DNA from: Thermoplasmata archaeon
GTDB lineage: Archaea; Thermoplasmatota; Thermoplasmata; Lutacidiplasmatales; UBA184
Direction: 5' to 3'
Length of the DNA stretch: 64,000 bases
Assembly (NCBI GenBank): GCA_021828195.1
Contig: JAKASQ010000001.1
Location: 169,202 to 233,201, forward strand
Position numbers and translations under genes: made by a program. The notes below the pieces were generated by a model. It was not told where the DNA came from. It ran no database searches and worked only from the letters and a program-made list of their open reading frames with translations. Shown here one piece after another: positions 47,129 through 56,924 of the stretch; the first letter of the stretch is position 1, and every line of letters starts with the position of its first letter.

Positions 47129-48745
47129 ATGGAGCCGGTACTCGTCGTTCTGGCCACCCTCGCGACGTTGGGTCGGGTATGGCTCCTCATCGGTCTCTCC
47201 ATCCTCTCCGGATGGGCCTTGGCATTTCTCTCGATCCGAAGTCGGGCCTTCGAAACGGTCTACGTCCCGCTGGTGAACGCGTTCGAGTCCATCCCGGTCA
47301 TCGCGTTCCTTCCCATCGTCCTGGTGGTCTTTGTCTCTCGGCTCGGTGGCCCCCTCGGGAGCGAGCTCGCCGCCGACTTCCTCGTTTTCGACGCGGTTGC
47401 CTGGAACGTCTGGATCGGAGCCTACCAGAGCTTCAAGACCGTTCCGGAACACCTCGGGGAAGTCGCGGAGAACTACAACTTCGGCGTGGTGCGAACTCTC
47501 TGGAACCTCTTCATCCCACACTCGATCCCGCGCATAACCTCCAATCTCTTCTCGAGCTTCGCGGATGCCCTGTTCTACATCTCCGTCAGCGAGGTCTTCA
47601 CCATCGGGCTTCACACCTACTCGACCTTCGGGATTGGGACCCTCATCGTCATGTTCACCGCGAACGGCGATATATCCGACCTGATCCTGGCCTTGACAGC
47701 GATCGGAGTCGCGGTCATCCTCACCACGCTGGCCCTCACTCGCCTCTCCCGGAAGGCCGTGGCCCGCTACGGTCTCGATACGCGGGGAGACATCACGACC
47801 CGACCGGGACCCGCGAACGCTCGGTCGCGCTGGCTCCGCGCGTTCGGGGGCCCGAGACGCAGGATCTCGGCTCGCCTCACCCGGACCGCCGCCGAACGAG
47901 ACCTGCGAACCGGCGCGCCGACACCGACGAAAACCGGAATGCTGGTTAAGTGGGGGGTTTACGCCATTTTGCTGGGCATAGCGGCCTACATCCTCTACGG
48001 TGCGGCCCAATTGATCGTCTCGGTGCCGGGGACGGAGTGGAACTCGCTGTTCGCGCAAACCCCCTTCTTGCTCCTTTCGATGGGTGCCGATTACCTTCGG
48101 GTCTTCGCGGTCGCGGGTGCCGCGCTCGCCGTGTCGATCACGCTGGGATACTACCTCGCGACCCACCCTCGCGCGAATGAGTTCGTTGCTCCTGTAGTTC
48201 AGACGGTCGCCGCGTACCCGGCCCCGACGTACTTCCCACTCTTTGTGGGCGCCACCATCGGGTTCCTCGTCGTCGCCTTCCCTTTCGGGTACGTCGAGTT
48301 GTACGTGTTCATCCTGGGTTTCCTGGCCTGCTTCTACTACGTCTTTTTCGACTTCTGGATCGGCGTGCAAGCCATCCCTTCGGAGTTCTGGGAGGTGATG
48401 GAAAACCATGAGCTCACGTTCCGCCAGCGGATGCGACGGGTCATCCTACCCGCGACCTTCCCGTACCTGATCACGGGGATATCTAGCACGATCAACAGCG
48501 CCTGGGCGGGAATCGCCATCGGCGAGTTCTGGCCGAATATCGTCGGAAATCGAACCCTGGTCGTACAGATCGGGATGATGAAGTTCATCGGCGAGAATCT
48601 GGCGGCCGGGAACGTCGCCTCGGCCGCCTGGGTCTCCTTGCTGTTCGCCGTCGTCGTCGTGATCTACGGCCTCTTCTTCACGCGGAACCTGATGGACCTC
48701 GCCCGTCGTCGGTACGTGGTCGAAGAGGGCGTCTACGCCGGGTGA
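47129..48745 (+). CDS. ABC transporter permease with two fused transmembrane domains
   Basis: 538 aa; two successive ~250-aa permease-like halves each with 5-6 TM segments (second begins MLVKWGVYAILLG). Confidence 0.7.
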   Translation: MEPVLVVLATLATLGRVWLLIGLSILSGWALAFLSIRSRAFETVYVPLVNAFESIPVIAFLPIVLVVFVSRLGGPLGSELAADFLVFDAVAWNVWIGAYQSFKTVPEHLGEVAENYNFGVVRTLWNLFIPHSIPRITSNLFSSFADALFYISVSEVFTIGLHTYSTFGIGTLIVMFTANGDISDLILALTAIGVAVILTTLALTRLSRKAVARYGLDTRGDITTRPGPANARSRWLRAFGGPRRRISARLTRTAAERDLRTGAPTPTKTGMLVKWGVYAILLGIAAYILYGAAQLIVSVPGTEWNSLFAQTPFLLLSMGADYLRVFAVAGAALAVSITLGYYLATHPRANEFVAPVVQTVAAYPAPTYFPLFVGATIGFLVVAFPFGYVELYVFILGFLACFYYVFFDFWIGVQAIPSEFWEVMENHELTFRQRMRRVILPATFPYLITGISSTINSAWAGIAIGEFWPNIVGNRTLVVQIGMMKFIGENLAAGNVASAAWVSLLFAVVVVIYGLFFTRNLMDLARRRYVVEEGVYAG

Positions 48746-48831
48746 TCATGCTGCGGCTTGGCCACAGGACGCTCCGGACCGTCCTAAACCTGGTACGCCG
48801 ACCCTTTCAGCCCGGTCGAGATGGTGTCCGT

Positions 48832-49434
48832 ATGCCCCGAAGGAGCCCCTCCTCGCCGCGTCGCCGGGGGGGTTCCCGGCGGCCCCGAACCCTTTCCGCC
48901 GCCACGGCGTGGGACGCCCACACGAGCGCCGAGTTCGCCGCCCACGATGTGGACGCGACGATGCGCACCATGACCCGCCGACCTCACAACCTCCACATCC
49001 CGACCCTGGCGGGAGGGGCGAGCCGGGCGGAGATCCGCCGGTTCTACACCCACCACTTCATCCCGCACCTCCCGGCCGACATCCGTCTCGAACTCCTCTC
49101 CCGTACCGTCTCCCCGGATCGGGTGGTCGACGAGTTCATCCTCGAATTCACCCACGATCGGGTCATGGACTTCATCTTCCCGGGAATCGCCCCCACCTTC
49201 CGCCGGGTCTCCCTGCCGACCGTAGCCGTGGTGGGCATCCGAGACGGCCGGGTGGACTACGAGCACATCTACTGGGACCAGGCTTCCGCGCTCCGGCAGA
49301 TTGGAAAGCTGGAGGCGGCCGGCCTCCCCGTGGTCGGGGCGGAGGCCTCGGATCAACTCCGCCGGCTTCTGCGGCCCTCCTTACGTCGTCGCCCCGGATC
49401 CCCGAGGTCCGGGACGGGAAGGTCCAGAACTTGA
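48832..49434 (+). CDS. NTF2-like/SnoaL-like domain protein (hypothetical)
   Basis: AEFAAHDVDATMRTMTRRPHNLHIP...EIRRFYTHHF...VVDEFILEFTHDRVMDFIF...HIYWDQASALRQIG pattern of SnoaL-like cyclase/NTF2 fold; start uncertain. Confidence 0.4.
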   Translation: MPRRSPSSPRRRGGSRRPRTLSAATAWDAHTSAEFAAHDVDATMRTMTRRPHNLHIPTLAGGASRAEIRRFYTHHFIPHLPADIRLELLSRTVSPDRVVDEFILEFTHDRVMDFIFPGIAPTFRRVSLPTVAVVGIRDGRVDYEHIYWDQASALRQIGKLEAAGLPVVGAEASDQLRRLLRPSLRRRPGSPRSGTGRSRT

Positions 49435-49555
49435 TGCCGACGCCTTGCCGGGTCGGGTGGGAATCCCCCGTCGTCCCATCGATCTCATGAATCCCGGGAC
49501 CTCACGTCGTGGGCGAACTCCTCCCCGACCCGTTCGCCTTCCGGAGCCGAAGGAT

Positions 49556-49960
49556 ATGACTTCCGAGCGGGCCGGTGCGACGATGCGGACGCTCGAGGAG
49601 TTCTGGAGCCGCATCGGGCTCCCACCGAGCGAACTCCCACGCCAACGGTTCAACCGGCGTCGCTACCTGCCGCTGCTTGATTTCGTGGATCCCACCCCCG
49701 ACGCGACGATCTTGGATGTGGGTGCCGGAATCGGGAACCTGTGCGTCGCGATGCATGCGCCCTACGGGGGTGTCTTCCATTACGCCGACTTCGCATTGCC
49801 GTCGCCCGCCCATCAGGAGAGCCTGCGAAGCCATGGCGTTGAACGGTTCTTCGCCGTGAACCTCGCCGATGCGGATCCGTTCCGGGCGATGCCCGGCGGG
49901 TATGACTGGGTCCTCTTTACCGAGGTCATGGAGCGCCTTGCGGGCAAGGGGGTGCGGTCG
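49556..49960 (+). pseudogene. Class I SAM-dependent methyltransferase, apparently 3'-truncated at the left boundary of an integrated element
   Basis: ILDVGAGIGNL motif I and YDWVLFTEVMERL motif II present. Reading frame then runs antisense through the recombinase gene with Arg/Pro-rich nonsense. Confidence 0.45.
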
Positions 49961-50665
49961 CTATACACTGGGGGTAGCCACCCCCGATTCCGACCCTTTT
50001 CCGCACACCGAGTTTTGCGCCGGCGGGCGCGGGACCCGGACCTTCCGGCACGTTCCCGCAGGCAACCCTACGTGTTGGGCGACCACCTTCCATGGAAGAC
50101 CCCGCTCGCGGAGACCCCGAATCTTCGCGGCCAGCTCGGCCGTGACACGCCGCGGGCGTCCCGGTGGCCTCCCACTCCGCGTTCGCCGTCGTCCCGACTT
50201 GATCTCCTGCATGGCGACCCGCACCCGCTCCGATCGGCGCTGGGACTCGAACGACGCGATCACTGGGAGCAGAGCGAGCAGCACGTCCCGACCGAGGTTC
50301 GGCTTCCCGTCTCCGGGGGTGTCGAGCGTCGGCTCCCTCAAGCTGTGGAACGAGACACCGAGTCGCTCGAGGTCGAGGACCGCTTGCGTGGCTCGGGTGA
50401 ACGTCGCCTCTCGGCTGAATCGGTCAAGCGCCCAGACGAGGAGGTGATTCCAAGGGCGGTGGCGCAGGTTGGCCTCCGCGAGGAGCCGGTCATACTCGCG
50501 GCGTTCCACCTTCCCGGTCCCGCTGACCTTCTCGGCGTAGACCTTGACCACGTCCCAGGCGCGCCGCTCCGCCTCGGCCCGGAGCTCCCGCTCCTGGCCA
50601 TCGAGATCCTGGTCCTCGGTGCTGACCCGGGCGTAGATCGCGACGGACGTTGGCGGGGTGGTCAT
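49961..50665 (-). CDS. Serine recombinase (resolvase/invertase family)
   Basis: VAIYARVSTEDQDLDGQ catalytic Ser motif, C-terminal HTH (LPWKVVAQHVGLPAGTCRKV). Confidence 0.8.
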   Translation of the reverse strand: MTTPPTSVAIYARVSTEDQDLDGQERELRAEAERRAWDVVKVYAEKVSGTGKVERREYDRLLAEANLRHRPWNHLLVWALDRFSREATFTRATQAVLDLERLGVSFHSLREPTLDTPGDGKPNLGRDVLLALLPVIASFESQRRSERVRVAMQEIKSGRRRTRSGRPPGRPRRVTAELAAKIRGLRERGLPWKVVAQHVGLPAGTCRKVRVPRPPAQNSVCGKGSESGVATPSV

Positions 50666-50853
50666 GGATCTCCTGTCAGCTGGTCGGCGGTGACAAAGCC
50701 CGGCAGATCGGAGGACCCGCGGGGCTTCGGCCGATCGGTGAACCACCGGCGACAGATCCGGCAGACGCGCACGACCCTCGGGCCCCGACGTATCCGATAG
50801 GCTCGAGTCCTCGAGTGACCGCACGGCAACCGTGGTTCATCAGGCTCGGTCAT
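50662..50853 (-). CDS. Small zinc-ribbon protein
   Basis: PCGHSRTRAYRIRRGPRVVRVCRICRRWF (C-x-H...C-x2-C). Confidence 0.35.
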   Translation of the reverse strand: MTEPDEPRLPCGHSRTRAYRIRRGPRVVRVCRICRRWFTDRPKPRGSSDLPGFVTADQLTGDP

Positions 50854-51080
50854 GGTGATTCCCCCTCCTCCCCACCCGGACGCTCTTGGGTGCCACCCGA
50901 AAGCGTCCGGGGCGGGGGCATCCCCCGATTCAAGGACCCCGACCTCTTGCCCGTCCGACGATCTTCCCCGTCCGTCTCCACGGAGGCCGGCTCCGCGTCT
51001 ACGACGAACCGTTCGAACTGGCGGTCGAGGGAGGCCGGGTCGCTCAAGCCCCGCCCCCCTCGGGCCGCGCCCGGGCGCGG
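50850..51080 (-). pseudogene. Remnant encoding a paralogous C-terminal segment of the element helicase (…DPASLDRQFERFVVDAEPASVETDGEDRRTGKRS)
   Basis: Amino-acid match to helicase C-terminus (…DPERLDRQFERFVVDAESKRGRFPDASRQRT) with diverged DNA; upstream part of ORF is Arg/Gly-rich nonsense. Confidence 0.35.
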
Positions 51081-51212
51081 TCCCTGGACGGGACGCTCCA
51101 GTTGCGCTCCTCCTCCATGACTGGGCTCGATTGAGAAGGTGGAGCGCGGTTGAGGTAGCGGCCTTCCGACTCCGACCCTCACGAGACCCACCATCCCCGG
51201 CCGCTCGTGCCT

Positions 51213-51246
51213 TTCGGGAGTACGCGCGCAGGCGCGCGCGCGTGTG
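51213..51246. repeat. Alternating purine-pyrimidine (CG/CA) tract, Z-DNA-prone
   Basis: ACGCGCGCAGGCGCGCGCGCGTGTGCGCGCGCG read directly. Confidence 0.6.
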
Positions 51247-51376
51247 CGCGCGCGTTCTACTCTTGATACCGGAACGGGCCGAGTGGTGCCAAGACGGACC
51301 GGGGCGGCGTGTCCGAGGAGCCTCCGAGAGAAGCCCCCCGGACCGGCGCCGCCAAACCCCGCGGGTGGCACGCCGT

Positions 51377-52444
51377 TCATGCCCCCCCGGTGGCTCCGTC
51401 TTTGGCGGCCGACTCCGCTTCGGAGGTAGCAGGAGTCGGGTCGGGGTCGGTCGGTCTTGGGGCCGTGGAGGTCGGGGCGTCCGGCGTCTCCCTCTTGCGG
51501 TCTCCCATCTCGCGGCGGACGCGATGGATGCGCGAGACCCCCACCTTGTAGGTTTGCTGAATGTCCCGGCGCGGGTTGCCGGCGGCGAGTTCGATCGCGA
51601 TGTATCGGTCCACCTCCCTTTCCGCCCAGGGCTTGCCTCGATTCCCCCTTACTTTCCGCACGTGACCTTCGCGGGCATGCACCTGAGTTAGCGACACTCC
51701 CTCCGAAGCGACGAGTGAGTGCACGTAGTCGGCCCCCTCGCCGCACCAGAACTGCAAGTCGATGCTGTCCTGCCTTCGCGCGAGCGCTTCCTGCTCTCGG
51801 GCACGGGCCAGCTCGCTCCTCGCCTTCGCCGATTCGGTTTGCAAGCGCCCGAGCTCCGCGGCCGCCTGATCGAGTTTCCCGACGAACTCCCGACGCTGTC
51901 CCGCGAGTTGCTCACACTCCGCGAGGAGGGAGGCGCGCTTGCGCCCGAGCTCCACGACTTGATCCCGAAGGCGGCCCATCTCCGATTCGAAGCGCCTGCG
52001 GACCGGTTCGATCTCGGCCTGGACCCGGGCCTCTGCTTCCGCCTGGGCCCCTGTGGCGCGTTGCTCGGCCTCCGCCCGATCGGTCTCGAGTTGGGCGATC
52101 CGCACCTTGAGCTCCTGCGCCTGCTCCGACAGGGTCCGCACAATGGCGGCGCGTTGGCGGCCGGCCGACGTGGGCACCATCCGGCCTGTCGTGGCGGAGT
52201 AAGTTGCGATCGCAGCGGCGATCACGAGGGCGCCCCACACCAGAGCCACGAGCCAAGCCGACACCCAGTGATCGGACACGACCAGGGCCCCGACCACGGC
52301 GCTGAGACCCCCAAAGGCGACGGGTTGACCCCAATCAACGCGGCCGCGGACGAAACGCGCGTCTGGCTCAGGACTCGTGAACACGGCTTCGTCCGTTGGG
52401 GCCGGAACCGGGGCAACCCGAACGGACGGTTGCCCACTCATGCG
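51377..52444 (-). CDS. Element-encoded membrane/coiled-coil protein with C-terminal HTH-like segment (hypothetical)
   Basis: Two TM segments, long Ala/Glu/Arg/Gln coiled-coil (RIAQLETDRAEAEQRATGAQAEAEARVQAEIEP...), then REVDRYIAIELAAGNPRRDIQQTYKVGVSRIHRVRREMG. Confidence 0.4.
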   Translation of the reverse strand, partial: RMSGQPSVRVAPVPAPTDEAVFTSPEPDARFVRGRVDWGQPVAFGGLSAVVGALVVSDHWVSAWLVALVWGALVIAAAIATYSATTGRMVPTSAGRQRAAIVRTLSEQAQELKVRIAQLETDRAEAEQRATGAQAEAEARVQAEIEPVRRRFESEMGRLRDQVVELGRKRASLLAECEQLAGQRREFVGKLDQAAAELGRLQTESAKARSELARAREQEALARRQDSIDLQFWCGEGADYVHSLVASEGVSLTQVHAREGHVRKVRGNRGKPWAEREVDRYIAIELAAGNPRRDIQQTYKVGVSRIHRVRREMGDRKRETPDAPTSTAPRPTDPDPTPATSEAESAAKDGATGGA

Positions 52445-53208
52445 TCTGCTCCCGTGCAGAACCCCGCGTCTTCCCGCTCCGCGCCCCCGTGTAGCGGGGG
52501 TTTCCGCACGCCCCGACAGGCCCAACGGACCGAGGAGAGTGCGCGGGGTGGCAGGCGCAGCGTGCGCAGGATCCCGCGCCAGGACTCTCCGCCGGCACGG
52601 AGCCGTCGGGCGTCGTCCCGGCTGTAGATGTAAGACCAGGGGCGCCCACCATCGCCCGGGGTTCCGACGGCGTCACGCCCCCAGAAGACCCATCCCTTCG
52701 GGGGTCTTCCCCTCGCGAACAGTTCGATGTACGAGTGAGCCCACCGACGGGTCAGCCGCCGAATGAGATCGCGCACTTGGGGGGGCTTCTGACTGTGGAC
52801 GCTCGACCGGGGGTACATCAAGACCGAGGGCGGTCGGATGCTCTGAGGTTGAGGCGTAGGGGCGTCCCCGCGCGTCGCGATGAGGAGGAGTTCGTGCCGT
52901 GCCCGGGACCACCAACCACCTCCCTGGTGCTGCTTGTCCCAGACAATCTGCGACTTGTAGTCGAATCCCCACGCGTCGATGACCAGGAACGCCTCTCGGT
53001 TCTTCGGGCCCGGGACCCACAGGAACAGCACGGAGCGCGGGGCCGCTATCTGGCGGATCGGGAGCGTGCAGATCTCCTCGAGTGACATGGTCGGGTAGTG
53101 CGCGTCGACTGACTTCACCTCCCCAATCGACCAATCGTACCTCCAGGGCGGGTCCGCGTAGACCACGTCGAAGGGACCCGGGGGGAGCGAGGGTGTCGCG
53201 GCCCTCAT
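52438..53208 (-). CDS. MT-A70-family N6-adenine DNA methyltransferase
   Basis: VVYADPPWRY (DPPW catalytic motif), LFLWV, phage/plasmid-type orphan methylase. Confidence 0.75.
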   Translation of the reverse strand: MRAATPSLPPGPFDVVYADPPWRYDWSIGEVKSVDAHYPTMSLEEICTLPIRQIAAPRSVLFLWVPGPKNREAFLVIDAWGFDYKSQIVWDKQHQGGGWWSRARHELLLIATRGDAPTPQPQSIRPPSVLMYPRSSVHSQKPPQVRDLIRRLTRRWAHSYIELFARGRPPKGWVFWGRDAVGTPGDGGRPWSYIYSRDDARRLRAGGESWRGILRTLRLPPRALSSVRWACRGVRKPPLHGGAEREDAGFCTGADA

Positions 53209-53726
53209 GCGGGCTCACCCCCGGTTGCTCCCGCTTTCGCGGCCGAGCCCCCCGCGGAGGTATCAGGAGCCGAGGCGAGGGCGGTCGGTCTTGACGCTCG
53301 GAGATCCCGACCCGAAACGCGAGCGGTCAGGTAGGCGCAGAGGGTCGTGGTCTCGCCCCCGGTTACAGGCTCGCTCGGGGCGGGGAGTGTGGGTGTGTGG
53401 GCCGGGACCTCCGGGACCGTTCGACGCTCGGCCGGTGCAAGGGCACGGGTCTCGGCGGTTGGGTGGGCCCTCCCCGTCGTGCAGCACTCCGTGGGGCAGA
53501 AGGCCGTGCAGATCTGGCACCACCGCCTTCCGAGGTGGCCGCGGAAGCGCCGGTCCTTGGAGTCGTACCAGTGGAACCGCGTGATGTGGCCGCACGCCGT
53601 GCACCGGCGGAGCGAGGAGTCGCCCTCGCGGTACGGGACCGGGGCGATCCGTCCCGCCTTGCCGAGCTCCCGGGTCTTGGCCGCATTTCGCTCCGCGAGA
53701 GTGAGGGGGCGCGGGGGCGCGGTCAT
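53205..53726 (-). CDS. Element-encoded Cys-rich hypothetical protein
   Basis: RRCTACGHITRFHWYDSKDRRFRGHLGRRWCQICTAFCPTECC; no family recognised. Confidence 0.3.
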   Translation of the reverse strand: MTAPPRPLTLAERNAAKTRELGKAGRIAPVPYREGDSSLRRCTACGHITRFHWYDSKDRRFRGHLGRRWCQICTAFCPTECCTTGRAHPTAETRALAPAERRTVPEVPAHTPTLPAPSEPVTGGETTTLCAYLTARVSGRDLRASRPTALASAPDTSAGGSAAKAGATGGEPA

Positions 53727-55654
53727 GATGGTTCTCCATCAGTGGAGTCGCCCTTCTTCCGATGGCCGGCTTCGTCAGAGAGCGCGTTTCCGGGGGTATA
53801 CGGGGTTATGGGCGGACCACTTTGGCCAGTCGGGCCACCTTGCGGGGAAGGGTGGCCCGACTGGCCCGGTTGGCTCGCCGCAACCCCCGTCGCCCCCGGG
53901 ATTCCGCTGCCTCCGTCAGAGCAGTCGAACGTTCTCTGACGAGAAGCGTCGGGGAAGCGGCCGCGCTTCGACTCCGCATCGACAACGAAGCGCTCGAATT
54001 GTCGATCGAGACGCTCGGGGTCGAGTACCCGGACGATTCCCTTGTACCGCCTCCCGTCAATCTCCTTTCGAGGGTGGATCCCGAACTGAAGCCCGCGGAG
54101 CCAGCGGGCACACTCACTGAACGTGATGGTCTGGCCAAGAGACTCGACTATCGTCTTGACGGTGAGCGGGACGCGGCGCTCCTCCGTCTGCTCCTCTACC
54201 CTGCCATCTTTGACGACCTGCTTCTTGCCGCCGATCCTCCGCTCGAGGCGGAAGCCAGTCCCGTCCGTCACGACCTCACAGTCGTTGTCGAGCCACTCGT
54301 AAACGACGTTGAGGATCAAGCCCTCGATAGAGTCCGAATTCTGCCGAACGAGGCGCTGTTGAAGTTCCTCGCCGACGGATCGGACTACCTCCATCACCGC
54401 CGGCTCTTCTGCGCCGAGTGCGGCCAGTACGAGAAGAGCCTCCTTCACTCGGTGCGCCTTGACGTTGGCGAGGTCGAGCCTGCTCGGGACCCGGAGCTCG
54501 CCGCGCCGAATCCGAACGAGTGTTCGAAGTCTCCAGAGGAGCAACTTGCGCCGTAAGGCCCGGGCTCTCTCGGCCCATCCGTTCGTCAGGATCAGATCGA
54601 GGTCCTTCGCCGTCGATTCGGCGCTCAGCGGGGTCGTCCTCGAGATTGTCCCGGTGTCGCTGTAGGTCTTGCGAAGCGCGAGGCACGTGATCCCGAACGA
54701 CAGGAAGTTGTCGTTCCGCCCTTTCTCGGAACTGTACCGAGGGATCGTAGCTCCGTCGGCCCTGCTGTTGAGGAACTGGATGAAGTCCGCGGCCTCGCCG
54801 GAGTCGTATACGTCCGCCTCGTCGAGGATCAAGAAGACCGTCCCCCAGGGGTCGATGGCGCGGTAGAGACTCGGAGCGCGGGTTGTCTTGAGGAAGTAGA
54901 GTGCGCGGTATGAGATCCCGCGCATCATGGAGAGCGCCCGTTTCTTTCCCGAACCCGACGGCCCGATCACGGCGAGGATCGGGAGGAACCGTTCGGGGAG
55001 ATTCGCGAAGAGGTCGGCAGCCACCCACGAGGCGATCCCGTTCAGGACCCAGAGCTTCCAGATCGGCGTCTCGGTCTTCGAGCCGGGGTCGTACACCTCC
55101 TCCGTGAGTTTCTGGGCCTCCTGGATGAGTTCGGCGAGCGAGTCGTATTCGGCAACCCCGTCGGGCAGTGTCAGCGCGTTCCGAAGCTTGTCGTCCACCG
55201 GGATGGGCCGGTACGTCGTCCCTTCGACCTCAATCTCGGGGACGATCTCCCAGGACTCGGGGGATGGCGTATAGACAAGGAGCGCCGGACCCGCGTCGGT
55301 GTAAATCTCCTCGACGAATCTGCAGTCGGGTAGCCTCTCGGAACTCGTCGTGACGACGGACGGTCGGAAGACCTCGAGCGCCCAGTCCTTGAGTCGCGGT
55401 CTGGCCTCCCCCTTCTTCTTCGGCCCAAAGTAGAAAGCGTCCCTCGCCTTGACGGGTTGGAGCTCGACCAGCACACCGTAGAGCGCAGTGTAAAGCCGGT
55501 CGAAAACGTAGGTGTACTTCTCGGGGACGAGTTTCTCCTTCTCCCAAACACGCACGGCGAGCTCGTCCGGTGTGAGGTCCAGCAATCCGGCCTTCTCCTC
55601 GACGATCTTGCGGACTGGACCGGGCAGCCGTCGGAGCGAGTCGCTCGCCGTCAT
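53723..55654 (-). CDS. P-loop NTPase / replicative helicase-like protein of the integrated element
   Basis: AVIGPSGSGKKRAL Walker A, VFLILDEAD Walker B; 643 aa; follows PrimPol gene with 4-nt overlap. Confidence 0.6.
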   Translation of the reverse strand: MTASDSLRRLPGPVRKIVEEKAGLLDLTPDELAVRVWEKEKLVPEKYTYVFDRLYTALYGVLVELQPVKARDAFYFGPKKKGEARPRLKDWALEVFRPSVVTTSSERLPDCRFVEEIYTDAGPALLVYTPSPESWEIVPEIEVEGTTYRPIPVDDKLRNALTLPDGVAEYDSLAELIQEAQKLTEEVYDPGSKTETPIWKLWVLNGIASWVAADLFANLPERFLPILAVIGPSGSGKKRALSMMRGISYRALYFLKTTRAPSLYRAIDPWGTVFLILDEADVYDSGEAADFIQFLNSRADGATIPRYSSEKGRNDNFLSFGITCLALRKTYSDTGTISRTTPLSAESTAKDLDLILTNGWAERARALRRKLLLWRLRTLVRIRRGELRVPSRLDLANVKAHRVKEALLVLAALGAEEPAVMEVVRSVGEELQQRLVRQNSDSIEGLILNVVYEWLDNDCEVVTDGTGFRLERRIGGKKQVVKDGRVEEQTEERRVPLTVKTIVESLGQTITFSECARWLRGLQFGIHPRKEIDGRRYKGIVRVLDPERLDRQFERFVVDAESKRGRFPDASRQRTFDCSDGGSGIPGATGVAASQPGQSGHPSPQGGPTGQSGPPITPYTPGNALSDEAGHRKKGDSTDGEPS

Positions 55655-56712
55655 AGCCTCCTCCGCGCGTTTCCGTAGGCCCAGCGGGCGAGTTCCGGAT
55701 CGAGAACCGGGCGGACCGGTTCGGACGGACGCGCCGCGAACCTTTCCGTCTTGAGCGCGCGGAAGGCCGCCGCGCCCTCAACGTGCTTCAGCAGGCTTTG
55801 GACCCCCGCGGCCCGTGCGAGCTTGATCGTCACGACCTTCCACGCCGGCCAGTACGGGCAGCCTACGACCTCCGCCGCTTGGTCCGCGCTCGCGCCGGCC
55901 TCGAGCGCATGAACGACGAGTTTCGGGCAGAGGTCCCAATCTCGCGACTTCCCGTCGGTATGCTCGCAGATCCAGGCGGCGGTCTTCCCGGCGTCGCTCG
56001 CCCGGCGCATACGATCCCGGACATCCGCAGTGCTCGCCGCCGGAGCGACCTTCCGCGCGACGACCTGCGTTCCTCCGGCAGGCGGCTCGCTCCGTTCGGA
56101 GGCACCCCGCCAAGCCTGGTAGAGCCAGTCAGCCCACCGCGCGACCGGTTCGCCAATCCCGGAGAAGACCGGTATCGGGCCGCCGGTGAGGACGCGACAC
56201 GCCCCACCGTCAGAGCCGTCCGGTTTCACGAAGTGGCTCGGCGCGCAGAAGAGGATCCCTCGGGCTAGAACATCGACGTACCCACAGAGCGAAGTCCAAC
56301 GGCCCCCAACCCACTCGGGAATCGAAGTCGTGTACGCCGCGAGGTAGTGCCTCCCGTCGGATTTTGAGCTCTCAGCGTACTGTCCGCCGAACGGCCGAGG
56401 GATCGGGCGACCCTCGGGGGCTACCCCGCCGGGAAGCTTCTTGGTGTCCACGTCGCAGCAGACGAGTTTGAGGCCCTCGTTCTCGAGGACGATGGCGAGC
56501 TGGTCGTCCGGGTGCGTCGACCAGTGGGCCCGGACTTGCTCTTCGGTTCGGAGCGAGCCGTCACGCTGCCAGCGGATCGTCGGGATCGGTGCGAACTTCC
56601 ATGTCCTCGTCTTTGGCTCAAGCACAGCGTTGAGCGTACGAGAGACGGGCACGGCGCTGATCCCTCGGCGGACCCGGGCGACGGCTGTTTCAAGGACCAA
56701 TGGGTCGCTCAC
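55651..56712 (-). CDS. PrimPol-domain (bifunctional primase-polymerase N-terminal domain) protein
   Basis: LAIVLENEGLKLVCCDVDTKK (DxD catalytic motif) and downstream SHF-like segment, typical of pRN1-type plasmid/integrated-element replicases. Confidence 0.55.
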   Translation of the reverse strand: MSDPLVLETAVARVRRGISAVPVSRTLNAVLEPKTRTWKFAPIPTIRWQRDGSLRTEEQVRAHWSTHPDDQLAIVLENEGLKLVCCDVDTKKLPGGVAPEGRPIPRPFGGQYAESSKSDGRHYLAAYTTSIPEWVGGRWTSLCGYVDVLARGILFCAPSHFVKPDGSDGGACRVLTGGPIPVFSGIGEPVARWADWLYQAWRGASERSEPPAGGTQVVARKVAPAASTADVRDRMRRASDAGKTAAWICEHTDGKSRDWDLCPKLVVHALEAGASADQAAEVVGCPYWPAWKVVTIKLARAAGVQSLLKHVEGAAAFRALKTERFAARPSEPVRPVLDPELARWAYGNARRRL

Positions 56713-56924
56713 TGGTTCCTCGCCTCCGCGACGATTGTGAGCCGTCCCGGGCTGGTCTTCGTATAGACGATTAGAAGGTCCTCGCGGGCTGCGATCGGGC
56801 CGACTGCTGCCAGGAAGTTTTCGATGCGGTCAATTCGGCCGCGAACGACAAGCGCAGCTGTCCGTTTCGGCGCGAGAAAGTCACTCGATTCGCGCATGGG
56901 GTCCTTCCTTCGGAGTCGCGGCAA
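56709..56924 (-). CDS. Small hypothetical protein (element)
   Basis: 71-aa ORF in stop/start-overlap chain. Confidence 0.25.
   Translation of the reverse strand: MPRLRRKDPMRESSDFLAPKRTAALVVRGRIDRIENFLAAVGPIAAREDLLIVYTKTSPGRLTIVAEARNQ

Noticed and set aside
49301-50800. 499-aa plus-strand ORF
   Set aside because: Only residues from 49556 to ~49960 look like a real methyltransferase; the rest is antisense to the serine recombinase gene
50850-51746. 298-aa minus-strand ORF
   Set aside because: Mostly Arg/Gly/Pro nonsense; only the last ~75 codons (helicase C-terminal remnant) look coding
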